A stretch of 48,858 nucleotides of DNA, from contig REDP01000237.1 of NCBI GenBank assembly GCA_007693455.1, positions 1 to 48,858 of the forward strand, given 5' to 3'. Below are positions 1 to 9,123 of this stretch, piece after piece; position 1 is the stretch's first letter, and each line of letters begins with the position of its first letter. Both the position numbers and the translations under genes were made by a program. The notes under the pieces are model-generated. The model had not been told where the DNA came from, ran no database searches, and was given only the letters and a program-made list of their open reading frames with translations. Source of the DNA: Planctomycetota bacterium. GTDB taxonomy: Bacteria; Planctomycetota; UBA11346.

Positions 1-262
1 GCATCGTGTGTCTGAGCAGCAAGCTGAGCCTGAGCCGCAACCTGAGCCCGAGCCGCAGCCTGAGCCCGAGCCAACAGAGCCAGAACCAAGCCTACCACCC
101 AGTGATCCAGAGCCCGAGCCCGACACCCCTACTCCGCCCATAGAGGATGACCCCAGCGATCCTCCAGAGGAAGAGGACCAGGCTCCACAGCGTCCTGCCC
201 CTCCCCCACCGCCGGCGCTTGATGAAGATGCGCTCCTGGATGACTTGCCGCCCCTCGACTGA
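1..262 (+). CDS. 3' end of a protein with a Pro/Glu-rich low-complexity tail (5'-partial)
   Basis: Frame +2 is open from the window edge to TGA 260-262; it encodes EPEPQPEPEPQPEPEP...PPPPP and ends ALLDDLPPLD. Confidence 0.6.
   Translation, partial: HRVSEQQAEPEPQPEPEPQPEPEPTEPEPSLPPSDPEPEPDTPTPPIEDDPSDPPEEEDQAPQRPAPPPPPALDEDALLDDLPPLD
29..73 (+). repeat. Coding tandem repeat (~18-bp unit encoding PEPEPQ)
   Basis: cctgagccgcaa cctgagcccgagccgcag cctgagcccgagcca. Confidence 0.7.
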
Positions 263-279
263 ACAGCACATCCCCCCGG

Positions 280-306
280 GTAAGTTCTGCCAACACGCCG
301 CGTCTT
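280..306 (+). promoter_or_regulatory. Candidate ECF-sigma (autoregulatory) promoter
   Basis: GTAAG(280-284)-N16-CGTCTT(301-306) resembles the GNAAC-N16-CGTC promoter class of ECF sigmas and lies just upstream of the ECF gene ATG at 315. Confidence 0.4.
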
Positions 307-314
307 CAAAGGGT

Positions 315-881
315 ATGAGTATTATGACCCTCAGCCATGCTGACCAACTTGTCGAAGGCTCACTGCGTGAACGCAGCCTTGAGCTCCTGCAACGCGAAGA
401 AGCCGCCTTACGGCGTGTTATGCTTCGCTATGTGCACGATTACGCGGCAGTGGATGACCTTTTTCAAGAGGTCAGCATCAAGGTTCTCAAGCGCTTCAAT
501 ACCGTGCGCGACCCTCGCACCGTGCGTGGATGGATCTTCCAGGTGGCACGCAATACCTGCTTAGACTACCTGCGCGCACAACAATCTCGCCCCAATAATA
601 CCACCATTGAATGGCATGAGAGTGGTGCGAGTGGCGATATGGGCCGCAATCCCGTTGAGCGCTTTCTCTCCCAAGAGCGTATTCAGGCGGTGCATCGGGC
701 CCTCGAAGCGCTTCCCGAGAGTCAGCGCGAGGTACTGCGCCTACGATTACATGAAGGCCTCGACCATGAAGCCATTAGTGTACGCCTCGGTATTAGTCGG
801 CAGGCTGTAGAAGTACGACTGTGCCGTGGACGTGCCGCCATTAAAGATCGTCTTTCCGATATTCTCGGAGGTGATTTATGA
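315..881 (+). CDS. ECF-family RNA polymerase sigma-70 factor
   Basis: Region 2 (DDLFQEV...GWIFQVARNTCLDYLR) and region 4 (ALEALPESQREVLRLR...EAISVRLGISRQAVEVRLCRGR); start ATG 315 or 324. Confidence 0.92.
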   Translation: MSIMTLSHADQLVEGSLRERSLELLQREEAALRRVMLRYVHDYAAVDDLFQEVSIKVLKRFNTVRDPRTVRGWIFQVARNTCLDYLRAQQSRPNNTTIEWHESGASGDMGRNPVERFLSQERIQAVHRALEALPESQREVLRLRLHEGLDHEAISVRLGISRQAVEVRLCRGRAAIKDRLSDILGGDL

Positions 882-1459
882 CCCATTATGGCACTCGTCT
901 GAGCTGTGATGAGGTTGAAGAGCTGCTCCCCCTGGTCATTGATGGGGTCATAACTGAAGCAGATGAACCCGATCTTTTCTGTCATCTTGCCGAGTGTCCG
1001 CAGTGCCAAGCAAGCCTCGCCACCCATGATCTGATTACTTTTGCCTTAGCGCCCAAACAACCGCTACACATGCCCGCGAAAAACCATGGGCACTATCCCC
1101 TGCGCCTATCATGGCTAGCGGCTGCGGCCGGTATCATTGCCATGGGCGCAACGGGAATCCTGTGGCTGGGTTCATCGCCACAATCAGCACAAACACTCAG
1201 TGCCCAGGAGCACACGGGCTCCAGCAGTCGCATGAGCAGTGAATCCAACGATTTAGAAGTCGTGCAAATCCTCCGTCCAGGACCAGGACGCGAACAACCC
1301 CTCTTCGTTGTGCGCGAAAATGGTCGCATTGTGGTGCTTCCCAGCGAAGACTTGGATGGCGGCCACTACCGATCTACTCTCGATCATCCAGCACCCCTGC
1401 CAGACCAGCCGCGACATATTCGCGCCAGTGATGTGCGCCACATCGGCCACTTCGACTAA
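878..1459 (+). CDS. Zinc-binding (zf-HC2/ZAS) membrane anti-sigma factor
   Basis: SCDEVEELLP...HLAECPQC (HxxxCxxC) followed by one TM segment (WLAAAAGIIAMGATGILWL); ATGA overlap with the ECF gene; GGAGG upstream. Confidence 0.85.
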   Translation: MTHYGTRLSCDEVEELLPLVIDGVITEADEPDLFCHLAECPQCQASLATHDLITFALAPKQPLHMPAKNHGHYPLRLSWLAAAAGIIAMGATGILWLGSSPQSAQTLSAQEHTGSSSRMSSESNDLEVVQILRPGPGREQPLFVVRENGRIVVLPSEDLDGGHYRSTLDHPAPLPDQPRHIRASDVRHIGHFD

Positions 1460-1624
1460 GCACTAAGCACTAAGGGCAGCAATAATCCCATTACACAATT
1501 GTAACGCCGTTCCCAAAATGTATGGGGACAAGAGTCCGATGATGGCTGCGAGGATGCAGTGTCTGAGTGCACAAATGACGCTGTAAAAGAAAAAGGTCCC
1601 TTAGATTTCGGACATCGGCCCAGT

Positions 1625-2473
1625 TTAGGCACTCCCCTCGCGCAGCATGCGCTGCCAGGCCCGCGGACCATGCCCCGTTTGACGTTGAAACCAATGACTA
1701 AACGCGCTGGCATTGGCGGCATGCACGGCTCGTGCAACCTCCTTAATGCTCCATGAGCCATTACGCAGCAGGGCACAGGCCCGCTCGCGGGCTCGCGCCG
1801 TATTCCATTCGGTAACACTCATACCCGTGGCTGACAGGGCAAGGCGGTCCAACTGGCGTCGAGAGCAGCCCGCGAGCTGCTCCAAGCCAGACCACTCCAA
1901 CGACCCACAGCACGGATCAGCACTAAGCTTAGCTAAAACCCGAGCCAAACGGGGATCCACCCCCCGAAATCCGTCCCAACGCCAGGCCGGCAGAGTCTGC
2001 ACCACAGCCATAATCTGCGCCATGCTCGCCACCGCCTGCCACACCTGGGCTGCAGACAACAGATCCTCAAAGAGTGGCTGCATGGATTCCGCCGAAAGCA
2101 TCTGCGGCTCATCGCCGATAACTGCAGGCAAACCATCATCTCGCTGCAGCTCTAAAGCCAGGGAATCCAATTCGGCTTCGGCACTAAAGTGCTGATCCCG
2201 CGCACAGCCCGGAGGGAGAGCTACCCAGCTGCCCCGATGAAGGTGCCTGTCCCCTTTTGATCGGAGGTGGAGGTGGCCTTGGCGGATGCCCCAGATGGTG
2301 AGGAGGTCGTCGCGGTAGTTGCGGCGCTGGCCGCTGGCGGGGACGGGGCCGCGATAGATACGACGGCATACGATCTGCCATGGCGCCACCGAGAAGCATG
2401 CTCCCGTTGCCCCCGCAATGTTCTTGGCAGCGCCGCCAGCGGGGTTATGAGGAGTGCTCTGGGGACTGGGCAT
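1625..2473 (-). CDS. AraC-family transcriptional regulator
   Basis: N-terminal cupin-like region; C-terminal double HTH (LEQLAGCSRRQLDRL...SIKEVARAVHAANASAFSHWFQRQTGHGPRAWQ); start uncertain. Confidence 0.88.
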   Translation of the reverse strand: MPSPQSTPHNPAGGAAKNIAGATGACFSVAPWQIVCRRIYRGPVPASGQRRNYRDDLLTIWGIRQGHLHLRSKGDRHLHRGSWVALPPGCARDQHFSAEAELDSLALELQRDDGLPAVIGDEPQMLSAESMQPLFEDLLSAAQVWQAVASMAQIMAVVQTLPAWRWDGFRGVDPRLARVLAKLSADPCCGSLEWSGLEQLAGCSRRQLDRLALSATGMSVTEWNTARARERACALLRNGSWSIKEVARAVHAANASAFSHWFQRQTGHGPRAWQRMLREGSA

Positions 2474-2555
2474 ATGTCGCTATATAACAACTTTTGTCAA
2501 CTTTAAAAGGGTAATATGTCGTGCTTATACATTTTTGTCGGCTAAGCTCTACGGC

Positions 2556-5447
2556 ATGAAAACAACGCTCGCTCTTGCCGATTCCGTGGATGTTCTGGTC
2601 CTTGGTGGATCTTTTGCCGCTACCGCATGCGCCATTGCCGCTGCCCAAGCTGGCCAGCGTGTACTGCTTGCCGCGCCGCGCACGGGGCTTGGCGATGACG
2701 CCTGGGCTCATCTCCGGCTGGATTGTCCCCACCCTGAGCACGATCCCCTCTGTGCTGCGGTATTTGCTGAGGACGGGGTGGCGCGTCCCCTCCAGATTAA
2801 GGCGCGCCTGGAACAGATGGCCTTGGAAGCAGGCGTTGATCTGCTCTATCAGGCGCTGCCCTGTGGCTGCCTGTACGATGACCAGGATGCCGTATGCGGA
2901 GCCATTCTCGCCACGCGCTCTGGGCGTGCTGGTATTGCTGCGCGAAACGTGGTTGATGCCAGTCACACCGGCGTCTTTGCACGGCAGGCAGGGGTTCCCT
3001 TTGCGCCCTGGCCAGAACAACCCGTAACAGTGGAGCGCCGGCTTTTGGGCGCCATTCCCGATGGCGGCCACGCGGTACTTGAGCACCTCCTGCCTGCCCC
3101 TGCCGCAACCAATGATACCCCTGGCGAGGCGGTGCCGCTCACCATTGGCGCTCGCACTCTTTCCCTGTCTTTGGGCGATGGCTCTCCCTTGGCGCTGGCG
3201 GCGGCCGAAGCTGAGGCCCGCGAGCGTTGTTTTCATGCCGACCAGCAGGGCAGAAGTGAGAGCATCTGGTTTGTCCCTCCTGCGGGCTGCCAAGCAGGCA
3301 CCAACATTGGGGATGAATGGCAGCATGCCACTGAGATCTCTCCCGATGCAATACACGTAAGCCCACGCATCTGGCTGCTAAGTCCCAGTTGTAAAACCGC
3401 ACGCAGCAGTGCCGAGCGCCTTATGCAGCTGCCCCATGCGGCGGCCTGGGGGCGCCATGTGGGCAACCACCTGCAGCACACCAGTGCTTCCCCGGTGCAG
3501 CCGGTCCAAGCCGGATTGCGTGGTGGCTCTGGGCCTGGATCGTCGCAGATTCGGGGCGCCTGCCTGGGTCTACGGGGCTTTGATCAGGGCCTCCCACGCC
3601 TGCCCCTGGATGATAGCGCCCTGCCAGTTCTGGGCGAGAGTGATGTACTGGTGGCGGGTGGGGGCACTGGTGGCGCTCCGGCTGCAATCAGTGCAGCCCG
3701 CGCTGGCGCACGCACGCTCGTCCTTGAACAGCAATACGCCCTCGGGGGCGTCGGCACCGTTGGCCGCATTGCCCGCTATTGGCACGGCAACCGTGTGGGC
3801 TTTACCGCCGAATTGGATGACTTGGTTGACTCCTTCGCTGGCCCATCTCCCTACCCCAAGAACAAAGGTGCCTGGTGGTCTGTGGAATGGAAACAGGCCG
3901 CTTTACTGCAACAGCTCAGGGCTGCTGGCGGCGAGGTCTGTTTTCATGCCACCATCGTTGCCGCCGTCTGTTCGGGCAATGTGGTGCATGGAGCCTTAGT
4001 AGCCACCCCCTGGGGGAGCGGCCTCATCACCTGTCAGCAGGCCGTGGACGCCACTGGCAATGCCGATTTAGCAGCGGCAGCAGGAGCTGCTTGTCGGGTT
4101 ATCGGCAAGGATCATGTGGCGGTTCAGGGAACTGGGCTATCGCCCTGGCAACCTGGTGCTGACTATAGCAATAGTGATCACGATTTTTGTGATGATTGTG
4201 ATGCCCGCGATATCACCCGTCTCCACATTAACGCCCGCGCTAAATTCCTCGATGCCTGGGATTCGGCCCCTTTGGTGGACTCGCGGCAGCGACGGCAGAT
4301 TATTGGCGGCTGTGAACTCGGGCCATTGGATATCCTGTGTGATCGCCAGGTCCCCGATGCAGTGGTTCGGGCTTCCTCCAATTTTGATAGCCACGGCTTT
4401 ACTATTCACCCTGCCTTTTTGGTACAACCACCGAATAAACGTAAACTTTGGGCCTGGATCCCCTATCGCTCGCTCATCCCCCAAGACATAGATGGGGTTA
4501 TTGTTACAGGCCTGGGAATGAGTGCCCACCGCGATGCCCTACCAGTAGTCCGCATGCAGGCCGATGTACAAAATGCTGGCTATGCCGCTGGCTTGGCCTG
4601 CGCCCGCGCCATTAACGAACGCGCCACCCTGCGCACCCTTGATGTACGTGGCCTGCAAGAACAGCTTGTAGCCAAAGGCAATCTGCCGCCCGATGTGCTC
4701 ACCATGGAAGATGACTTCCCGCTTGCCGCCGAGACCCTGCAACGCCTGGTGGAAGAAGAGCTCAACGAGCACCGTGGCATCGCCGCCTGCTTTGCCCACC
4801 CCGATGAAACGCGGCCGCATCTCCTGCGCGCGTTATCCGACCCCAATCGCCAGCATGTGGCGGCAATGATTTTGGGTCTCCTTGGCGAAGCCGCTGCCGC
4901 ACCCATCCTTCTGGCCGATCTGCAGGCAGCTGAAGCCTGGGACGAGGGCTGGCATTTCCGTGGCATGCATCAATTCGGCATGAGCATGAGTCAAATGGAT
5001 GCCGCCCTAGTAGCGCTCGCCCTCTGTGGCTCAGCGGATGAAAGCGCATCGCTCTTATGTCACCTGGCAGGGCAGCTCCAGGCCACTAGCCCCTTCTCCC
5101 ATCATCGTGCAGTCGCCTGGGCAGCAGCAGTCATGGCGCAACGTCATCCCCAGCATCGCCAGACCGTCGCGCAAGCCCTGGCGCGCATCGTAACCCTCAA
5201 CGGGGTCAGCGGCCACGCCCGCCACGAGATCATCGATCTGAACCGGGAGAGTAATACCGACATCAATGACAATAGTATTCGCGAACGCTGTCTCATTGAG
5301 CTGCATCTGGCAGTGGGCCTGTGGCGCTGCGGTGACTGGGAACAACTGGGAGAAGGCATTCTTAAGGCCTACGCCAATGATCTGCGTGGGCATTATGCCC
5401 GCCATGCCCGCGCGGTTCTGGCAGAACATACCACCAACGCGGCCTGA
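2556..5447 (+). CDS. Tandem two-domain FAD-dependent oxidoreductase (FAD_oxidored-like) with C-terminal HEAT-like helical region
   Basis: DVLVLGGSFAA...VVDAS in domain 1; DVLVAGGGTGG, LEQQYALGG and VDATGNADLA in domain 2; helical repeats at the C-terminus; ATG 2556 preferred over 2454. Confidence 0.85.
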   Translation: MKTTLALADSVDVLVLGGSFAATACAIAAAQAGQRVLLAAPRTGLGDDAWAHLRLDCPHPEHDPLCAAVFAEDGVARPLQIKARLEQMALEAGVDLLYQALPCGCLYDDQDAVCGAILATRSGRAGIAARNVVDASHTGVFARQAGVPFAPWPEQPVTVERRLLGAIPDGGHAVLEHLLPAPAATNDTPGEAVPLTIGARTLSLSLGDGSPLALAAAEAEARERCFHADQQGRSESIWFVPPAGCQAGTNIGDEWQHATEISPDAIHVSPRIWLLSPSCKTARSSAERLMQLPHAAAWGRHVGNHLQHTSASPVQPVQAGLRGGSGPGSSQIRGACLGLRGFDQGLPRLPLDDSALPVLGESDVLVAGGGTGGAPAAISAARAGARTLVLEQQYALGGVGTVGRIARYWHGNRVGFTAELDDLVDSFAGPSPYPKNKGAWWSVEWKQAALLQQLRAAGGEVCFHATIVAAVCSGNVVHGALVATPWGSGLITCQQAVDATGNADLAAAAGAACRVIGKDHVAVQGTGLSPWQPGADYSNSDHDFCDDCDARDITRLHINARAKFLDAWDSAPLVDSRQRRQIIGGCELGPLDILCDRQVPDAVVRASSNFDSHGFTIHPAFLVQPPNKRKLWAWIPYRSLIPQDIDGVIVTGLGMSAHRDALPVVRMQADVQNAGYAAGLACARAINERATLRTLDVRGLQEQLVAKGNLPPDVLTMEDDFPLAAETLQRLVEEELNEHRGIAACFAHPDETRPHLLRALSDPNRQHVAAMILGLLGEAAAAPILLADLQAAEAWDEGWHFRGMHQFGMSMSQMDAALVALALCGSADESASLLCHLAGQLQATSPFSHHRAVAWAAAVMAQRHPQHRQTVAQALARIVTLNGVSGHARHEIIDLNRESNTDINDNSIRERCLIELHLAVGLWRCGDWEQLGEGILKAYANDLRGHYARHARAVLAEHTTNAA

Positions 5448-5515
5448 CCGCAGCCGAGAAATGCTTCGTTGCGCAGCACTTCTCAGGTGAAGATGCTTGC
5501 CTATACTGCACAAAT

Positions 5516-6232
5516 ATGCCCAGCCGTATACGCACGAGCACATCACATGACTGGGGTCTGGTTGGCCCCAGCCATGTGGAACTGCTCTTTGAAAACCCCC
5601 TTCACCTAGCCCACTGGAGCCCGCGCTGGACCTGGATTTGGGGCGTGGGTGCGGCAGGCTGGTGCTACCAACCATTTATTCGGCAGATTCAGGCCGCCTG
5701 CGAGGCCTGCCGCCATGTTATTGTCATCGCACCCCACTGGCGGCACGCCAACTATCTGTGGGAAGACGTTCGCGATGCTATGGAAAGCCTGCCCATTGAT
5801 GAGATTTGCTGGGATTACGCGATAGAAGAAGATCCCGAACGCAATATGCGCCGCGAGCTGATCGCCAATGATATGGCCGAATATATTCTCTCCCGCCATA
5901 TGCTCGATAAAATGGACTGGCTCTTGAATACCTATAGCAACCTGAGCATCTGTTGCTGGTCTATTTATGGACTGGAAAAGCGCACGCGGCGCCACAATCG
6001 GATTATTGCGTATGAACAATTATGCCGCCGCTTTGGCCATCGCATGGTATCCCTGCGTGATCTCCATTTGCGCTACGACATTATGAGCCTCTACCGCGAT
6101 CTGGATTTCCACCCCACCGCCCAAGGCTACGTACGCATGCGGCAGGTTTTCGAACGCTATATGCGCGACGCCGAGAGCTTGGGCATCCTCCATGACACCC
6201 CTGATCCCAGTGAGATACTCGAAGAATGGTAG
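5516..6232 (+). CDS. Hypothetical protein, possible divergent SGNH/GDSL hydrolase
   Basis: LVGPSH near the N-terminus (block I-like) and DLDFHPTAQGY near the C-terminus (block V DxxHP-like). Confidence 0.5.
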   Translation: MPSRIRTSTSHDWGLVGPSHVELLFENPLHLAHWSPRWTWIWGVGAAGWCYQPFIRQIQAACEACRHVIVIAPHWRHANYLWEDVRDAMESLPIDEICWDYAIEEDPERNMRRELIANDMAEYILSRHMLDKMDWLLNTYSNLSICCWSIYGLEKRTRRHNRIIAYEQLCRRFGHRMVSLRDLHLRYDIMSLYRDLDFHPTAQGYVRMRQVFERYMRDAESLGILHDTPDPSEILEEW

Positions 6233-6259
6233 GCGTATGCTCCCATCCAGCGCGGTCAC

Positions 6260-6874
6260 TTACTCGCTGACGGTGACGGGTCGTTGATAGGCGGGGAAGA
6301 CCACGTTTTCCGGCAAGGCTGCCTGAGAAGCCAAAAAGGGCCCGTCTGCGGGTTCCCCGCGCAAACCCTGGGCACGGCGCTCCTGCCAGGTATTGGCAAA
6401 TTCCACTCGCTCTACCGACACACGCTGTCCTGCGTGAATCCACTCCACTTCGCGCAAAACCACATCCATGCCCGGCATATCAATGGTCACCGCGCGGGCC
6501 CGCCCCTGCAAGGGAAATCCCTCCACGGTTCCAGTTACCAACAACGGAGGATAGAGGGTAATCGCGGCCTGGTCATCTGCGCCTTGATCAATCAGGGCGT
6601 GATCGGTATGCAGGATCAACTCACCCTGATCCATGGGCATCCGTAACATTACTCCACTAAAACGGGTTTGCCGCAAACGCGGACCCTCCTGACTGGCGCT
6701 ATCAGCTATAAGGATGCGAGGACGTGGAATGTCGGGATCCCAAATAAGTACGGTGACGGGCTGATCTCTACGCTGCGACTGGGCAGTCGTATCTTCGCCA
6801 CCACATGCGCACAATACCCATACCGCCAAAGATAGCCCAGCCAACACCATCACCCGAGGCAAGGAGCTCTTCAT
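6260..6874 (-). CDS. Putative lipoprotein, possibly LptC-like (LPS export)
   Basis: Signal peptide with lipobox-like VLCAC; beta-rich body; ATGA overlap directly after kdsC, the usual position of lptC. Confidence 0.5.
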   Translation of the reverse strand: MKSSLPRVMVLAGLSLAVWVLCACGGEDTTAQSQRRDQPVTVLIWDPDIPRPRILIADSASQEGPRLRQTRFSGVMLRMPMDQGELILHTDHALIDQGADDQAAITLYPPLLVTGTVEGFPLQGRARAVTIDMPGMDVVLREVEWIHAGQRVSVERVEFANTWQERRAQGLRGEPADGPFLASQAALPENVVFPAYQRPVTVSE

Positions 6875-7386
6875 AACACTGCACCCGTACTCGACGGCGG
6901 CCAGTGACCATGTTGACGCATCCACGACTCCAACACCTCTGCCACCACCCCCTGACCTGCGGAATAGCGAGAGACCTGATGGGCACGGCGCAAAATACGT
7001 GGGTCGGCATCGGCGGGGGCAACAAAGCAACCCACATGGCCGATCAGCTCTCGATCGGGCTCATCATCGCCCACCATGCAGATCTGCGACATGCTCACGC
7101 CGGAATCAGCACACCACGCTTGTAAGCAGGCCACTTTATCCGCCACCCCAAAAAACAGGGGCGAGAGCCCGAGATCGGTCACACGGCACTGCAATGGTGC
7201 CGACTCACGGCCACTGCAAACCCCCACAACTAAACCCGCGCGCCGCGCCGCCACCATGCGGTGACCATCACGCACATGAAAAGGCTTGAGGCTTTCCCCC
7301 TGGGGCCCATACCACATCAAGGATGAGCTCCAGCTTCCATCCACATCACAGATCACAGCACGAATCGAAGAAGGTATCTGCAGCAT
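6871..7386 (-). CDS. kdsC: KdsC-family HAD phosphatase (KDO-8-phosphate phosphatase)
   Basis: DVDG, KPFHVRDG, SGRES, DK and VGDDEPD motifs. Confidence 0.8.
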   Translation of the reverse strand: MLQIPSSIRAVICDVDGSWSSSLMWYGPQGESLKPFHVRDGHRMVAARRAGLVVGVCSGRESAPLQCRVTDLGLSPLFFGVADKVACLQAWCADSGVSMSQICMVGDDEPDRELIGHVGCFVAPADADPRILRRAHQVSRYSAGQGVVAEVLESWMRQHGHWPPSSTGAVL

Positions 7387-7569
7387 AGAGTTGATAATGA
7401 GCAGGGGCACTGGCGTACAAGCAGCAGCCGCAAAGAAGTCGCCCTGCACATCCTCATACATGGCAATAGGCTCGTGACAGGGCGGCACTTGACCACATGG
7501 CAAGGACAACCACACTCTCTCCCTTCCCTTCATGCCCTGCTCAACCTTTTTCCGAGCCGAGGAGTCACC

Positions 7570-7812
7570 GTGAGCGACATCCGCAACAAAATCATCGACA
7601 TTATCGCCGAACGCCTGTCCAAAGAAAAGGACAGCATTACCGATGACAGCAACGTCATCGCCGATCTGGGCGCCGACAGCCTTGATATCGCCGAAATTAT
7701 GATGGACCTTGAAGACGCCTTCGGCATCAAGCTAGAAGAAGACAACGACAGTCTCAAGACCATCGGCGACATTATCTCCTACATCGACCAGAAAGTAGCC
7801 GAGAATGGCTGA
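7570..7812 (+). CDS. acpP: Acyl carrier protein
   Basis: DLGADSLDIAEIMMDLEDAFGI; GGAG RBS at 7561-7564; GTG start. Confidence 0.95.
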   Translation: MSDIRNKIIDIIAERLSKEKDSITDDSNVIADLGADSLDIAEIMMDLEDAFGIKLEEDNDSLKTIGDIISYIDQKVAENG

Positions 7813-9076
7813 AGCGCGTCATGGGCGTCGGGTGGTAATTACTGCCACTGGCGCCCTTGCTAGCAATGGCAGCGATAGCGCCTCCTACTGGCAGGCGCTA
7901 CTGGCTGGCACCAGCGGCATTGGCCCGATCACCCAATTCGATCACAGCAACCACGGCACCCACTTCGCGGGTGAAGTCAAGCTTAGCGATGGGGAATTGG
8001 CCGAAGCCTTTGGTGGGGATGCCAAAACAGCTCGCCGAAAAGATCGGTTTGTCCTGCTGGTACTCAAGGCCGCACACGAAGCCATGCAGGCATCGGGCCT
8101 TGATTACCGCAATTGGGCTGATCCTTTCCGCGTGGGTGTGATTGTAGGTGCTGGCATTGGTGGACTCAAAACCATCGAAGGCGAAGTCGCGGTACTCAAC
8201 GACCGTGGCCCACGCCGCGTCAGCCCTTTCCTTGTGCCAAAGATGATTGTCGACAGTGCTGCTGGCGATATTTCCATCACTTACGGCGCCAAGGGACCAA
8301 ACTTTTGCATCACCACTGCCTGTGCCACTGCGACCCATTGCATTGGCGCAGCTTTTCAGCATATCCGCAGTGGCATCTGTGATGTTATGATAACCGGTGG
8401 CTGCGAAGCCCCGATTAGCCCTCTCGGGGTTGCTGGATTTAATAGCATCAAGGCGCTTTCCACCCGCAATGACAGTCCTGAAACCGCCTCGCGTCCCTTT
8501 GACGCAGAGCGCGATGGCTTTGTTATTGCCGAAGGTGCCGGCGTGTTGATTCTTGAAGAGTACGAACACGCCAAACGTCGTGGTGCGGACATTGTTGGTG
8601 AGATCGTGGGCTACGCCTGTACGGGCGATGGCTTCCATGAAACAGCACCCGATCCTGAAGGGGTCGCCGGCGCAGCCGCCATGCGCCTTGCCATTGAAGA
8701 TGCCGGCATTGCTCCCGAGGAGATTGGCTACTTCAATGCCCATGGCACATCGACCAAGCTCAACGATGCTACCGAGACCGTTATCCTCAAAAAAGTATTC
8801 GCTGAGCACGCCTATAAACTGGCCATCTCCAGTACCAAAAGCATGACCGGCCACACCCTGGGCGCAGCAGGAGCGGTAGAAGGCGTAGCCACTGCACTCA
8901 GCCTGCGCCATGGCATTATCCACCCAACGATTAACTACCAAACCCCTGATCCTGACTGTGATTTGGACTACGTCCCTAATCAGGCGCGGGAACTGCAGGT
9001 GGAATATGCCCTGTCCAACAACCTGGGCTTCGGTGGCCACAATGCCTGCCTTGTGTTCAAACGCTTTCATGGCTGA
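7805..9076 (+). CDS. fabF: 3-oxoacyl-ACP synthase II
   Basis: TACAT catalytic Cys, NAHGTST, SSTKSMTGHTLGAAG, GFGGHN; follows acpP. Confidence 0.96.
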   Translation: MAEARHGRRVVITATGALASNGSDSASYWQALLAGTSGIGPITQFDHSNHGTHFAGEVKLSDGELAEAFGGDAKTARRKDRFVLLVLKAAHEAMQASGLDYRNWADPFRVGVIVGAGIGGLKTIEGEVAVLNDRGPRRVSPFLVPKMIVDSAAGDISITYGAKGPNFCITTACATATHCIGAAFQHIRSGICDVMITGGCEAPISPLGVAGFNSIKALSTRNDSPETASRPFDAERDGFVIAEGAGVLILEEYEHAKRRGADIVGEIVGYACTGDGFHETAPDPEGVAGAAAMRLAIEDAGIAPEEIGYFNAHGTSTKLNDATETVILKKVFAEHAYKLAISSTKSMTGHTLGAAGAVEGVATALSLRHGIIHPTINYQTPDPDCDLDYVPNQARELQVEYALSNNLGFGGHNACLVFKRFHG

Positions 9077-9123
9077 TTGACTCAGCCAGTTGCACCCCTT
9101 TTTTCTTCCGCAGGTATAACTCC

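Noticed and set aside
147-314. Long N-terminal extensions in the ORF track (ECF 147, oxidoreductase 2454, gyrB 9509, rpe 23302, kinase 26786 and others)
   Set aside because: They overlap neighbours or promoters; family similarity and RBS or -10 signals point to downstream starts
7898-9070. Long antisense ORFs (also 15757-16848, 2445-3356, 9368-10207)
   Set aside because: They mirror well-supported genes, as is common in GC-rich DNA
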